Positions 35,480 through 47,871 are shown, numbered from the whole stretch's first letter. The stretch is 60,549 nt of DNA, filler included, from Hydrolagus affinis (GCA_012026655.1; 5 parts of 5 records of this genome joined end to end with filler, not necessarily neighbours in it), one strand, 5' to 3'. A program made the numbers and translations. Notes: generated by a model not told the origin, from the letters alone.

Positions 35480-35960
35480 GGAATTGTACCCTGAAGGTTA
35501 TCCAGAGAATAACGGGTTGAGGCAATACTCTGCCGCCCATGTCCTCACCCATTTGAGACTGCACCCCCATTACCCGAGTCCCTGCAAGACTCCACTGGCT
35601 GCCTGTTGCAGAACAGATCGATTTCAAGATCCTCCCTCTCACATGCAAATCAATTCTGACCCTGATCCCTCCCGACCTCTGCGATCTGCTTACACCCACC
35701 CACTCCACTACCCACTGCCATAGCTCAGCTAAGTCACTTTGCACGGCCTCATCCCCTCAACTGAACATATAGTTCAGCCATTATACTCCGAACCTCTGGA
35801 GTTTGCTGCCTCAATCCCTTCATTTCAACTCTTTTTTGTCCGTCTTCAAATTGCAATTGAAGACTTTTCTCTTTGACTGCACTTTCGGTCACCTCCCCTC
35901 TCTCTCCAGGTTGGCGTGAAATCATGCCACTGTCAAGTGCTCCAAGACGCCACCCTCCTG
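35480..35960 (+). mobile_element. L2 LINE 3' fragment
   Basis: PITRVPARLHWL..RSISRS and PNLWSL motifs; L2-type 3' end. Confidence 0.7.
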
Positions 35961-36129
35961 AAGCACGTTGCATACACGTAGGTTGCCGTGATTGTGGAGA
36001 AACTCTCAATAAGATATTTTCCCCAATTTCCTTGGCTGCGCATGTGACTTTGCTCATCAGATGTTAAGAATGTGGTTTGAGATTTTGACCAGGGCTGTCT
36101 TTGGCAAGACTCAAGACCCTCCTTGTTCA

Positions 36130-37295
36130 ACCACGCCTGTGGTCACCATTTTACCCCTATCCTCCCTGACCTCCATTCCTCCTGTCCTTGAAAGAGTAGT
36201 TGCCTCCCAGCTCCGCTCTTTCCTCTCAACTCACTCACTCTACAAGCCCTCGCACGTCTTGTGGCGTCCCTCAGTGCTCTGTCCTTGGCCCCCCCTCCTC
36301 TTCACCCTCTACATTCTCCCCCTCAGTGACATCATCCGCACACATGAGGTAAATTTCCACATGTATGCGGATGACACCCAACTCTACCTTTCCGCTTCCT
36401 CCCTCAATTCCAGGACTACTGGCTTTCTGACTGCGTGTCTGTCTGACATTGAGTCCTGGATGAGGGACAACTTCCTCCAACTAAATGTCAACAAGCCAGA
36501 GGCCCTCCTAATTGGCTCGCGTCAGCACCTCTACACCTCAGGCGCTGGCAACAAAAGCATCCAAGGCTGTACTCTCCATCTCTCAAAGTCAGTCAGAAAT
36601 CTGGTCGTCTTGTTCGATCCTGGACTGTCCTTCCTCCCCCAAATCTGCACCATGACCGGAACTGCCTTCCACCACCTCCACAACATTGCCAGATTCCACC
36701 ACTGCCTCACCCCCCAAGCTGCCAAAATGCTTGTTTACACGTTCATCACATCAAGGCTTGAAAACGGGAACTCTCTCCTCGTCAGCCTTCCCAGCTCCTC
36801 CCTTCACAAGATCCAGACTATTCAGAGCTCTGCAGCTCGTGTACTCTCCTGTACTAAGCTCCAAAACCACATCACTCCCACCCTCGTCCGTCTCCACTGG
36901 CTCCCCATCCCCCAGAGGATCGAATTCAAGATCCCCGTCCTCACTTTCAAGGCCATTCACAGCTTTGCACCCCTACTCCATGTCCCCCGCTCGAACCGCC
37001 CTACCATCAGTGGCCGGGCTTTCAGCCTCTCTGCCCCTACACTCTGGAACTCCATCCCGCAATCCCTTCGCCTCGCTTCCTCCCTTTCCTCCTTCAACGC
37101 CGGTCTCAAGACCTTCCGCTTTGACCGTGCCTTCTGCTGCCCTCCTAATTCTCTTCTCTTTCCTACTCTTCGTCCCCTTACCCCTACCCTGACCCTTCCC
37201 CCCTTACTCGGGTCCCGATCTGACAGTTCAGTGCCTTGGGAAGTCCACCCTACGTGAAAGGTGCTCTATAAATGTACTTTTATTGTTGTTGTTGT
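36130..37295 (+). mobile_element. L2 LINE reverse-transcriptase and C-terminal region
   Basis: PLLFTLYILPL..FHMYADDTQLY..LSDIESWMRDNFLQLN..HWLPIPQRIEFK; GTT tail. Confidence 0.93.
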
Positions 37296-37499
37296 ACTGA
37301 TCCCAACCCCTACTTCGGTCGAAATCCTGTTTGCCCAGTGCCTTGTGATATCCTCCCCACATTAAAGGTTTTATACAATTGTAATTTGTTGTTGATAAAT
37401 GCTTAATTGGTTATTTTCACTATTTTCTTGGCTGCCATGTGACTTTCCTCACCTTGTACAAGTTTACATGACTGCCCCAGAACACACTAACAATTGGCA

Positions 37500-39395
37500 G
37501 CTGAGAGAGTGAAAAGTTTGAGAGAGGATTTAGCTAAAATAAACTGGGACATTAGACTTAAGGATCTGACAGTAGATCAACAATGGCAGACACTTAAAGA
37601 GATAATGCAAAATTCCCAGTGAGCACGTATTCCTTTGAGGAACAAGAATGCCACCGGTGGTCCAGCCATGGCTAACTAGAGCAGTTAGGGAAAGTATCAA
37701 GTTAAAAGAAGAAACTTATAAAACAGCTAAGATGAGTAGTAAACCCGAGGATTGGGATAGCTTTAGGGATCAACAAAGGAGAACCAAAAAAGTGATTAAG
37801 GGGAGAAAATGGAATATGAGGGCAAACTACCAAGGAATATAAAGACAGACTGCAAGAGGTTTTACAAATGTATAAAGAGGAAGAAGCTATCAAAGGTAAA
37901 TGTGGGTCCGTACAGGCAGAGACAGGGGGAATTATAATAGGGGACATAGACATGGCAGAGTCATTAAACAAGTACTTTGCTACTGTCTTCACCTTAGAAG
38001 ACACCGAAAGCCTACCAAGAATAGAGGGGAACCAAGAACACAATGTTAGCAAGCAACTTAGGGAAATTAATATTAGTAAAGAATTGGTTTTAGGTAAATT
38101 GTCAGGTCTAAGAACTGATAAATCCCCTGGACCCGATGGCCTACATCCAAGGGTTTTAAAAGAGGTGGCTACTGACATAGTGGGTGGTTTGTCTTTGATC
38201 TTCCCAAATTCTCTGGATTCTGGAATGGTTCCCAGTGATTGGAAGATTGCAAACGTAACTCCACTATCTAAGAAGGATGGGAGAGAAAAGATGGGGAATT
38301 ATAGACCAGTTATTCTGACATCAGTGACAGGGAAAATTCTTGAATCCTGAATTAAAGATGTCGTTATGGGATACCTGGAAGACCATAACAAGATTAGGCT
38401 GAGTCAATATGGCTTTACAAAAGGGATGTCATGCTTAACTAATCTGTTAAGAGTTTTTTTGAGGATATATCTAGCAGGTTAGATAGGAGAGAACCAGCAG
38501 ATGTAGTATATTTAGATTTTAAGAAGGCATTTCACAAAGTGCCACATAAAAGGCTATTGCGCAAGGTTAAGGCCCATGGGATTAATGGGAGCATATTATC
38601 ATGGATTGAAAGAGTGGCTAACGGGTAGAAAACAGAGAGAAGGGATAAATGGGTCATTCTTGAATTGGCAGGATGTGACTAGTGGATCAGTGCTTGGGCC
38701 TCAGCTATTTACAACTTACATCAATGATCTAGACGAGGACATTGAATGTAACGTATCTAAATTCGTGGATGACACTAAACTAGGTGGGAGAGTAAACTCT
38801 AAGGATGATGCAAAAAGATTGCAACAGGATATAGATAGGCTAGGAGAGTGGGCAAGTAGGTGGCAGATGGAATTTAATGTGGGGAAGTGTGAAGTTATTC
38901 ACCTAGGTAGCAAAAATAGAAAAACTGATTATTTTCTAGAAGGGGAGAGAATAGATAGTGTTAGTGTTCAGAGGGATTTGGGTGTCCTTGTACATCAGTC
39001 ACAAAAAGTTAGTTTGCAGGTACATCAAGCAACTAAGAAGGCGAACGGCATGTTAGTGTACAGAAGAATTAGGGGAGATCTTATTGAAACATATAAGATT
39101 CTTAAAGGGCTGGATAAAGTAGACAATGAGGGACTGTTTCCCCTGGTAGGAGAATCTATAACCAGAGGGGTCATAGTCTTAAAATTATGGATCAGCCTTT
39201 TAGAACAGAGTTAAGGAAACATTTCTTCACTCAGAGGGTATAGATGCTCAGTCCTCGAACATTTTTAAGGCTGAGACTAATAGATTTTTTAAAACTAGAG
39301 GGATTAGGGGGTATGGGGATCGGGCAGTTAATTAGAGTTATGGCAGGGCAGGCTTGAGGGGCCAAATGGCCCACTCCTGCTCCTAATTCTTATGT
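37500..39395 (+). mobile_element. CR1 LINE ORF2, decayed
   Basis: KSPGPDGLHPRVLKE..DWKIANVTPL..GNYRPV; GSVLGPQLF..FVDDTKLG; ATGGCCCACTCCTGCTCCT tail. Confidence 0.93.
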
Positions 39396-39955
39396 AAGTT
39401 TCTCTCAAACTGGGAGGCGTTTCACAGGGTTGGGCTCCCACAACTGAGGCTCTTCAATCTGTCCAATGCACCTGCCCCGGTGCTTAATACATAAACTTAA
39501 TGTCATACAGTATCCATCACAACAACCTAATTTACACAGGCTGCAGAGAGTTCTCTTGAACTTTGAGTTAAAAACCCCACCCGATTTCCCCTCCATGTTA
39601 ATCTGGTAGCCAACTGCTGATAGAGCAAATTTGAAACTGCGATTACAAAATGTCTGTTCCTTTCCCCAGCTCAAAAACGCTTCCTGTTTGCGCTGGTGGC
39701 CCCTGTAAACCCCACTGTGGGGAGAGAATGGAGAGACCCCCGAAAAGGGGCCACTCACTGACTGATGCGCTGGGCGGCGGTCACTGTTTATCAGCTAAAC
39801 CGCAAACACAGACCGCTTCAGGCTGTGCTCCCCCCTCCCCCACTCCCACCCCCGAGGGCAGCCTCCAGTTAGCGGTGCTGATAACACGACCCTGTGTCTC
39901 GCTCAGCGGTGGGATCCAGCAGCAAATCAGTCTAACGTTTGCGCATTTTCTGTAC

Positions 39956-40028
39956 CTGATCCTGCAATCCCAGCCCCGAGGATCAGGACGAGGGTCAGCG
40001 CCCTGGCAGCTCCACCGGGTGAGGACAT
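39956..40028 (-). CDS. Putative signal-peptide first exon of an unidentified gene
   Basis: MSSPGGAARALTLVLILGAGIAGS followed by a phase-1 donor G|GTACAG; in-frame upstream ATGs at 40049 and 40055; locally GC/CpG-rich. No downstream exon identified. Confidence 0.55.
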
Positions 40029-40399
40029 TATAGCCGAGTTTGTCCCCATCAACATGTCTGTCTCTGTGTGTCTCTCTCTCTCTCCACCTTCCAGCCGCAC
40101 TGACTGGGGCTGTGCTTTCACTTTCACTCTCGTGTATGATTTCTCGGAAAGGGATGGTGTTTAACGCTATCATTGTATTCACAGCAGATTTGCTGTAAAC
40201 TGGGAACACAGATCCCGAGTTATCGTCATTTCTGGGAAGTCAGGAGGGCTGGGGAAAGGGAGCAATAATGTCTCACGGGTCATCTTGACTAACTGTGTGA
40301 TTGTTAAAGTAAAATACTTGCATTTGATGCATTCAATGATCGTTGTATTTGATATTAGCAGCCTATCACCTCTTTGACACGTCTGAAAGCACTGCACAG

Positions 40400-40730
40400 A
40401 CTACAACAACAACAACTTTGATCTGCAGAGCGCCCTACACTGTTCAGTGAATCGACTGTATATTTTGCAGGCGAAACGCAACAGCCAGTTGCGCACCGGA
40501 GTGTCCCACAAACATTCCTGGATTGAGTGAACACATTTCTTTTTAGGGGAATATTACGCCCAAATAAGCAATCCGCTGATCAACTAGCAACTGGGTTCCT
40601 TCTTACTGCTGGATAAACAGCCGTGTGAAGGGAGGAAATCTGCCTAATGTTTTGCCCAGCTCAGGAATCAAACCCAGGTCCTCACGGGAGGGGTGTGTGT
40701 TCTAACCAATATGTTACAGTGCTCCATAGC
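40400..40730 (-). mobile_element. tRNA/Deu-type SINE
   Basis: AAC tail, reversed body and head remnant. Confidence 0.7.
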
Positions 40731-41692
40731 ATCTTATCACGTCCGGAGATTGTCTCTCCAGAGACGTCACAGGATTTACTATGAAGTAGGCCGCCACGGC
40801 AGCTCAATTGCACACAGCGATGCCCCACACACAGCCGTGAAACAAATCACCAAAAATATTTATTTTGTTGTTCAGTAGATCGGGAGAAACTCCCTTCTCT
40901 TTTCGAGTCACAAGATCTTTGATGAGCTGTTATTGTAGTCAAAGGCAGCAAACATTTGTACCAGGAAAATCCCGAGACTCAGGAACATGACGTGAATGAT
41001 CCATTAACCTGAATGATTACAATATGTACGAGCCGCTGTCCCGAAGGACCCCACTGAGTGAATGGCACGTTTGTCATTCTCTTTGTTCTTTTATGACAGC
41101 AAGGTCACTTTGTGGTTCTGAAGTACATCTGGCTTTGGATGGCTTTCATCTCTCCTTCAGATGAGCTGCCATCCCTAGATAAGATGTAAAACTTTGGTCC
41201 TTCCTGCCTGTCTCAGATGGGACCCAAGTTTAATATTTACTCCAAAGACATCACCTCTGAAAGTGCTGCAACCCCACCACCATTGCACTGGAGTCCCAGC
41301 CTAGAATGCAAGCCTAAAACTGCAAAGATTGTGAGGGGAAAAAATGCTACGAATTGCAGCAGAGTTGCAGATAGGTTTTAAGGTGGAATTTAGTTTGGGG
41401 GCAAGACAGAAGTATGGCGGCAGGGAATTCCAAATATTAGGGGGAGTAGTGAATTAAAGTACGGTGTATGGCAGGGGAGTGGAGAAGGAGCAGATCAGAG
41501 GGCAAAGAATGTGTCAGGGCAACAAGGGATTTATATTTAAGAGCAGGACCTCTAAGTTGATCTATTCAATCCCTTTATCTTCACCTGAATTACAAGAGAC
41601 TGAAGTAAATCAGTAATGTACCTGGAATAAAAAAAATTCACAGTGGTCTGGAAATAAGCGCCACATCTGTATTAAATTTACAATGTACAGTT

Positions 41693-41925
41693 CAACAACA
41701 CCAACTTGAATTTATATTGCGCCCTCCATGCCGGACAGCGTTTCAGAGCGCTTCACAATAACGGATCCCGCGGCCAAGCCAGAGGGAGGGGAATGAAGGT
41801 GACCAAAAGCGTGATCGAAAAGAAAGGTCCTTAGCCGAGACCTGAAAGTAGGAAAAGAGGAGGCAAGGCAAAGGGAGTGAGGAAGGGAGTTCCAGATCCT
41901 TGGTGGGGTAATAGCTGAAGGCATG
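41693..41925 (-). mobile_element. L2 LINE 3' end
   Basis: PPRIWNSLPHSLCLASSFPTFRSRLRTFLFDHAF. Confidence 0.85.
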
Positions 41926-43258
41926 TAGTGTTTATTCAGAGTACAAAGTAAAATACAGATCATAGAATGTTAGTTCTTGGTTGTCCAATATTTACAAACT
42001 CTTAAGACCGATAACAAAGTTATTTAGGTGGAATTGTTTATGGAATGTGGAGAAAATCATACCATTTACAAGAAATAAAAGAAGATGTGAATGGAAACTG
42101 ATGTTTTGCATTCCAAAAATGTACAACTCTTTCATCTTGAGTCAATTAGTATATACAGTGAACTTTGAAAATGTAACAATTGCAACTATGTTTCCCCCAA
42201 AGCTCCCTATTTAAAATGAAAAGAAGTTTGAATAGAGAATATCTGACCATTTGATCACAACTTTCCAGAAAACAAATACTATCATCTTCCCATCCCAAAG
42301 CAGACCCACTTCTTAAAGGAGTTCCGTATCCCAGCTTTAACCACCCTTCCTGGTGGCCCAGAAGAGCTGTTGATTGTTCTCTGTGTAACAAAAACTACCC
42401 ATTGAGTTTCCCTTACCCACCCAGAAAGCAAGTGCTGGAAAATTCCAAGACAGATGGATGAGAAAACTAGAAAACTGCAACCCATTGGAACCAAGGAGCC
42501 AAGAGTAGCCCATTCAGTCCATTGAGTTCTTGATCCTGCTCCCTCACTGGATTAGTCCGTGCTAATTCTTGAACTTTCACTGTATGAATCTGCAGGTCAA
42601 AAAAAACAAATAGCTTAAAATAAGTCTTAGGCTCCGCCATTCTGAAGCACTCTGAGACACCGCCCGGCATGGAGGGCAGTATGTAAATGCAAGTTGTTGG
42701 CGACTGGGTAAGGGTTCATCTCAATTCGCTTTGAGACATCTCAAAGACAAAATGCAGTAAAGCATTATATCACATGCAAACATTATTATTATGGCTGCAT
42801 GTAGAATGTATATCCAGGCTGTTACAGTATGGTTGTTGACAGCGGTGGTTGCTGATTAGTCGGCTGCTTAAACAGGTTTGACTACAGATGCAAAAATTTA
42901 TTTGCATTGTAACAACGAAATGCACTCCCAGAGCTTTCTGCATAGTGACTGTAATCGGTATAAATAATAATTATTCTTGAATTTGATCCAGGGCCTTTCA
43001 CATCAGGAAGATGACTCAAAGGATATAACCATAGGATATAACCTAAAGTGTAGTGATTATGTATTTATAACCACAGTAGCTAATGTACACAAGCAAAGTC
43101 CTGCAAATAGCTATAAACTGAATGATCAATTTTATCGAGAGGAAGATTAAAGGGTACGGAACGTAAATAAAAGACTGGGATTAGATGAGGTGCCTCATGT
43201 GAGATTACGCATCAGTGTGGACTTGAACACACCAAATGTTGTTATTTGTTTCACGTAC

Positions 43259-43570
43259 CCAATCAATCTAGGATCCACTCCATCTCTTTGGGCTGAGCCA
43301 GACTTTCGTGGTAAACTCTGCACGTGTACTTGCTGGCAAAAGCATTTTTGATGGGCATTAATCTCAACGTGCTCAAGCAGCAATACAGGCCATCCTTCCC
43401 ACAAATGGGATCACTGAGCTCCACGCTCTCGGGCAATTCCTCCCCATCCTTGCACCACACAACGCCAATAGCTTTTGGGGAAAAGGAGTGGATACTGCAG
43501 TTCAGTACGAGTTCCTCCTTGGTGATCGCCAGCCCTGATGCTTTCCAGATCGCATCCAGTTTCGGAGTGG
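43259..43570 (-). CDS. Ig C1-set exon c of the multi-C1 gene
   Basis: Acceptor TTCTTAG; TPKL..LVLNCSIHSFSPKAIGVVWCKDG..KYTCRVYHESLAQP; TGA at 43263-43265 just before an intact phase-1 donor G|GTACGT. Confidence 0.85.
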
Positions 43571-44019
43571 CTAAGAATGAAAAACAATTTCAAACACCGC
43601 TGTAGTTAATCAGGAACAGGAGGAGACCATTCAATGCACAAAACATGCAGTTACTACACTTTACAGTGTATCCTTTGAAGCACTTTGGGGCGCCCTCCTG
43701 ACACAAAATGCCCTATGCCAAGTATGCGATTTATTATTTAGCCCATTTGTTGGGTCTATTCTGCCAGGACTGGCTGACTGACTGATCTGACATATCCACA
43801 CATGCACTCACCCATCCATCCACATATACACACACACAACCACCCATCCACTTGGTCCTTTCATCCTTGGCAGTAATTTAGTCAATCAATGCTGGTCATC
43901 CTCCAAATATGACATATTCTCCCTGAGCTGTGATACCCAAAATTTAGGAACTTAAATACAATGTTTCATATCAAGAGGAAAGTAATGGTCCACAAATGGC
44001 TATGAATAATATAATATAT

Positions 44020-44360
44020 AATAATATAAGATAATCCTTGCATTTGATATAGCGCTTTCCACATCTTATCAACGTCCCAAAGCGCTTCACAGAATATACT
44101 GTAAAGTGAATTGACTGTATATATTTGTGGGCGAATCGCGGCAGCCAATTTGCGCACAGCAGTGTCCCACACACAGTCGTTGATTGAAATGATCAATTTT
44201 ATTATTGTGTTTTTTTTGGAGGGATTATTATTAGTTGTGTGGAGTAAGAAACTTGTCCAAGGTTTCGCCCTGACCTGCCTGGATTCGAACACAGGTCTCC
44301 TCAGCTTGGTCTCCCCAGCTTGCAAGACAAGTGCTCTAACCACTAAGCCACAGGAGCTCC
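44020..44360 (-). mobile_element. tRNA/Deu-type SINE, young full-length copy
   Basis: Near-identical to the reverse of the 60285 copy, including the head duplication. Confidence 0.9.
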
Positions 44361-44807
44361 ACGCATTCACGAATGAGTGCTGAAACGAGTGACCGATTTT
44401 CTTTGGGGGATTGTTGACTAGGACACCAGAAGAAACTCCTTTCTCTTTACAAATAGCACCATAGGATCTTTAACAACCACCTGAACAGGCAGACGGCTCC
44501 TCGGTTTAATGTCTCATCTGAAAGGCAGCATCTCCGTCAGCGAAACACATTCCCACCACCGATTGGAGTGTCATCTTAGACTATATGATTCCAAATCCTG
44601 ATTTGGGATTTGAACCCATAACCATCTTACTCAGAGGCAAGAATGCCACCACTGAGCCAAGCAAATATCCAGCAAAGTTCATCAGATCTGCCACTGACTA
44701 GAATTTTTGCTACTTGTGAAAATAACTGATCATTTTTTAAATCACCATTAATATCTTCCCCAGTGGCAGTTTACAACACACATCAGTGCATCACTGTTCC
44801 CGCGTAC

Positions 44808-45191
44808 CTTTAACGCCCAGCACAATCGCTCTCTCCATGACCAAACCGGTAGCAACATGTTCCACTTTGCAGATGTAAGCTGTTCCATCATCTTCTTGCA
44901 CAGCCGGTGTGAGCATGAGCACGCTGGTGACAATATACGAGTTATCCGCATGCATAAACTCGCTGATGTTGTGAGCGTATTTGCCGCTCTGTGCCTTTGG
45001 GTTGTCGGCAACCACAACTCTGCTCTGGTGATCAACCTGTGCAATCTCGAGCCTTGCACCATCTCGCCCAACCTGGTACCACGTGATACCTAATGGTCTT
45101 GGCTTGAACTCGTTTACCAGACAGGTCAAAGTCGTTTGCTCTTGATGAAAGACTTGAGGAGTCACAATAATCTCCGGTATCTTGGGTGCAA
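44808..45191 (-). CDS. Ig C1-set exon b of the multi-C1 gene (long C-D loop)
   Basis: Acceptor CCCTAAG; APKIPEI..LTCLVNEFKPRPLGITWY..YICKVEH..VLGVK; donor G|GTACGC; 384 nt, phase 1-1, open. Confidence 0.88.
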
Positions 45192-45742
45192 CTTAGGGAA
45201 ACAAAATTGATTGAGTGTTAAAAATATGACCAATATACTCCGCACAAGGTTACAAGCAGCTGGTAGCTCTCTATACTCCAGAAAAAAAATCACAAAGAAC
45301 AATCTGATCCATTTACATTCAATCTTCCTACCAATCTATCTTCCCCTCTTCAAAATTACAAAACTGAGTGAGGATGATTTATCAGCCTAAATTGCTCTGA
45401 ACTGCTGTCATGTAGTCCAGCCAAGCAGGCCAACTGGAATAATGTAAGAACTATTTTGTCTTCAAATTTAAAATCATATAGAAATACACAGAACTCTTTA
45501 TTTGAATACTGTACTTTTTAAAAAAAAAGAATTTAGGAAAGACAACTGCCAAATTGAGACTAGATTTAAAATGTTTGCATACATCCACACAAGTATGAAT
45601 TTTTAATGATATTTCAGGCTAAGGCCTGGTGGAAATTTAGGCCTCGAATGAGACAGCAGCATATTTGCCTATTCAACAGTGCAGAACACTGGAAAACAAG
45701 AGAATCAAAGGCAATAAATGGGCATGGAGGAGATGGGATTAC

Positions 45743-46015
45743 CTTTACAGTGGGACACATCCACACTACAGGAATACTCTAGTTTGCTTCGGAGAGGAAT
45801 CATAACTTCATCAGATGCTGCTGGCACACTTCTCCGAGGCGTAGAATCTTCACTGCAGCAATGAAGTATGTGCCTTAATGGCCTGCAACCCGTCTTGAGC
45901 ACCCTCACCACAGATGACTGATTTGGTCTGTATTTAGAACTAGAGTAATCTGGATTACCCTCTTCCAGGTGTGCATAAGGATGGGCTATGATCATTTTAG
46001 CCTTTAGACAAACAT
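45743..46015 (-). CDS. Candidate 91-codon Cys-rich exon of the multi-C1 gene
   Basis: Acceptor TTTCCAG, donor G|GTAATC, 273 nt, open in phase 1-1 (DVCLKAK...LEYSCSVDVSHCK); no recognisable domain. Confidence 0.5.
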
Positions 46016-46514
46016 CTGGAAACAAGAATAGAAGGCCTCTGAATGTCTAAGTCTCAACATTTGTTCTATGTTTGTGTGCAAATAAACGTAACCCTTAGCG
46101 ATGTGAGGGTTACAAGAGTTCAATGTAAGTATATATAGGACCGGATTAAGTCAGGAAAGTAGGACAAGGGACATAAATTTAAAAGGTTGTACTTGAGTTG
46201 TGATAATAATCATAATCATTACGTTTTATACAATGCCTCCAACAACAAAATGTCTCAAAGTGTTTCCCAGAGTCTTTCAAGTAAAGTGTCGTGACTATAC
46301 TTGTTGGCAAATGGAGTAGCCAATTCAGGCAGAGCAAAGCCTCACAATCAGGCAGAACAGAATGGGCTCATATCTGGTGGATTGGCAGCTAGGACACAGA
46401 GAGAGACTTCATTCTCTGGGATTTTTAAAAAAAAAAATCAACCTGAACTGGTTAACAGGAGCTTGGATTAATGTCTCATCCACAGAAAGGAATCTCTGAC
46501 AATGAAGCACTTAC

Positions 46515-46560
46515 CTGTCTGGTTTGGCATCCCTTGTCGAGAGGATGTGGTTCATCAACC
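46515..46560 (-). CDS. Short cytoplasmic exon of the multi-C1 gene
   Basis: Acceptor GTTACAG, donor AG|GTAAGT; 46 nt, phase 1 to 2 (GLMNHILSTRDAKPD). Confidence 0.6.
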
Positions 46561-46618
46561 CTGTAACAAGCAGTTAGCAAGGAAATGAAAATCGTGAGCA
46601 AAAATGATCTCTCCTTAC

Positions 46619-46735
46619 CATTGCCTGATGATTTCAGGTGAATACAAAAGCCAAACGACAAACAAATCATACAAAACAGGAGCACGCCGAATATAATTCC
46701 GAGGATTGCAGTCACCGGTGGGGTTAGATGTGGTT
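46619..46735 (-). CDS. Transmembrane exon of the multi-C1 gene
   Basis: Acceptor ATTATAG, donor G|GTAAGG; 117 nt, phase 1-1; EPHLTPPVTAILGIIFGVLLFCMICLSFGFCIHLKSSGN. Confidence 0.82.
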
Positions 46736-47119
46736 CTATAATCAAACAATAAAGTGTAAATATCAGTGCAGCTTGTAAACACAGACACAATACATAATAC
46801 AGCTTTAGAACACGTAGGTGAGTAATATTTTGTACCACATTACCTTCCAATGGAAAAGCTTTTTCTGTCCTCCCAAACCAAGATTACCCAAACCATTAAT
46901 ATGGCTCCTTACTTATCGGAACCTCACAAACCACTTTACAGGGGGCCTTGGCAAGTGAAGTGACTGTTTTTTTGGAGGCAATTTTGACCCAGAGACAAGA
47001 AACATATCTTATGCAACATTTTAAATGGGATTGAAAAAGTAAACCCAGAACAATACGTTTGGATGTACCAAGGCGCTAGTACAGCAGGACATGGGGTTAG
47101 ATTTGCAAAAGGCAATTTC

Positions 47120-47310
47120 AGGACTAACACCAATATTTGTTTCTTCACTCAGAAATAATTAATGACTGGAACAGGTTGCCAGGAAGGGTGGTTAAGGCCA
47201 GAACACTGGATTCATTTAAGAAAAAGCTTAATGTTTTGATGGGAGGACATTCTGAAGAGATGAGCATGGATGGGCCAAAGGGCCTTCTTCATCCGAACCA
47301 ATTTTGTGCT
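47120..47310 (+). mobile_element. CR1 LINE 3' fragment
   Basis: FFTQ..INDWNRLP..VVKA..SFKKKL and GATGGGCCAAAGGGCC tail. Confidence 0.7.
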
Positions 47311-47432
47311 CTTGTTCGCTACCAGCTGAGTCTGGCTAATGTCATGGAGATCTGAGTGACACAGCACTGACACAAGCACCTCTGCCTCCACGGTTCAACA
47401 AGCTCCTGTGGAACTCATAGCACTGAACGTAC

Positions 47433-47753
47433 CTTCGACACGGAGGCTGGCTTCCAATGTGAAATCATGGTGAAGTGCCTTATACCTCACTATACATCTG
47501 TATTTATTCCCATCGTCCCCCAGTGTAGGTGTGACCTTCAGCAGGCTGTAGGTTGTAAACGTGCCATCGCTGCTGTTAACTAGAGCTGTTCTGCAGACAC
47601 CCTCCACGAGAGATCTGCTCTTCCCCTGGGAGACTTCCATCCAGCTAATGTCAATGCCACTCGGGTAGAATCCACTCACGTTGCATTGCACAGAGGCTTC
47701 CTTGCCTGACACCACGGAGATGTGAAGAGGTGACAAATGGATGCTTGGTCTAG
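47433..47753 (-). CDS. Ig C1-set exon a of the multi-C1 gene
   Basis: Acceptor GAACAG; RPSIHL..VQCNVSGFYPSGIDISW..NSSDGTFTTYSLLKV..YRCIVRYKAL; donor G|GTACGT; 321 nt, phase 1-1. The FYP and WxE motifs resemble B7-H6/tapasin/SIRP C1 domains. Confidence 0.9.
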
Positions 47754-47871
47754 CTGTTCACAACATAAATAGAAAAGCCCCTTAAAAACAGTCGCAGGAT
47801 AGAGCCAGGATTACATAGGAACTTCAACATGCCATCCCTTCATCTCCTGTGTAGATCACCTTGGCACCCAC

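Noticed and set aside
42240-42480. Possible further small exons of the multi-C1 gene
   Set aside because: Splice-like sites exist but phases do not join cleanly, and part of the region resembles a CR1 remnant.
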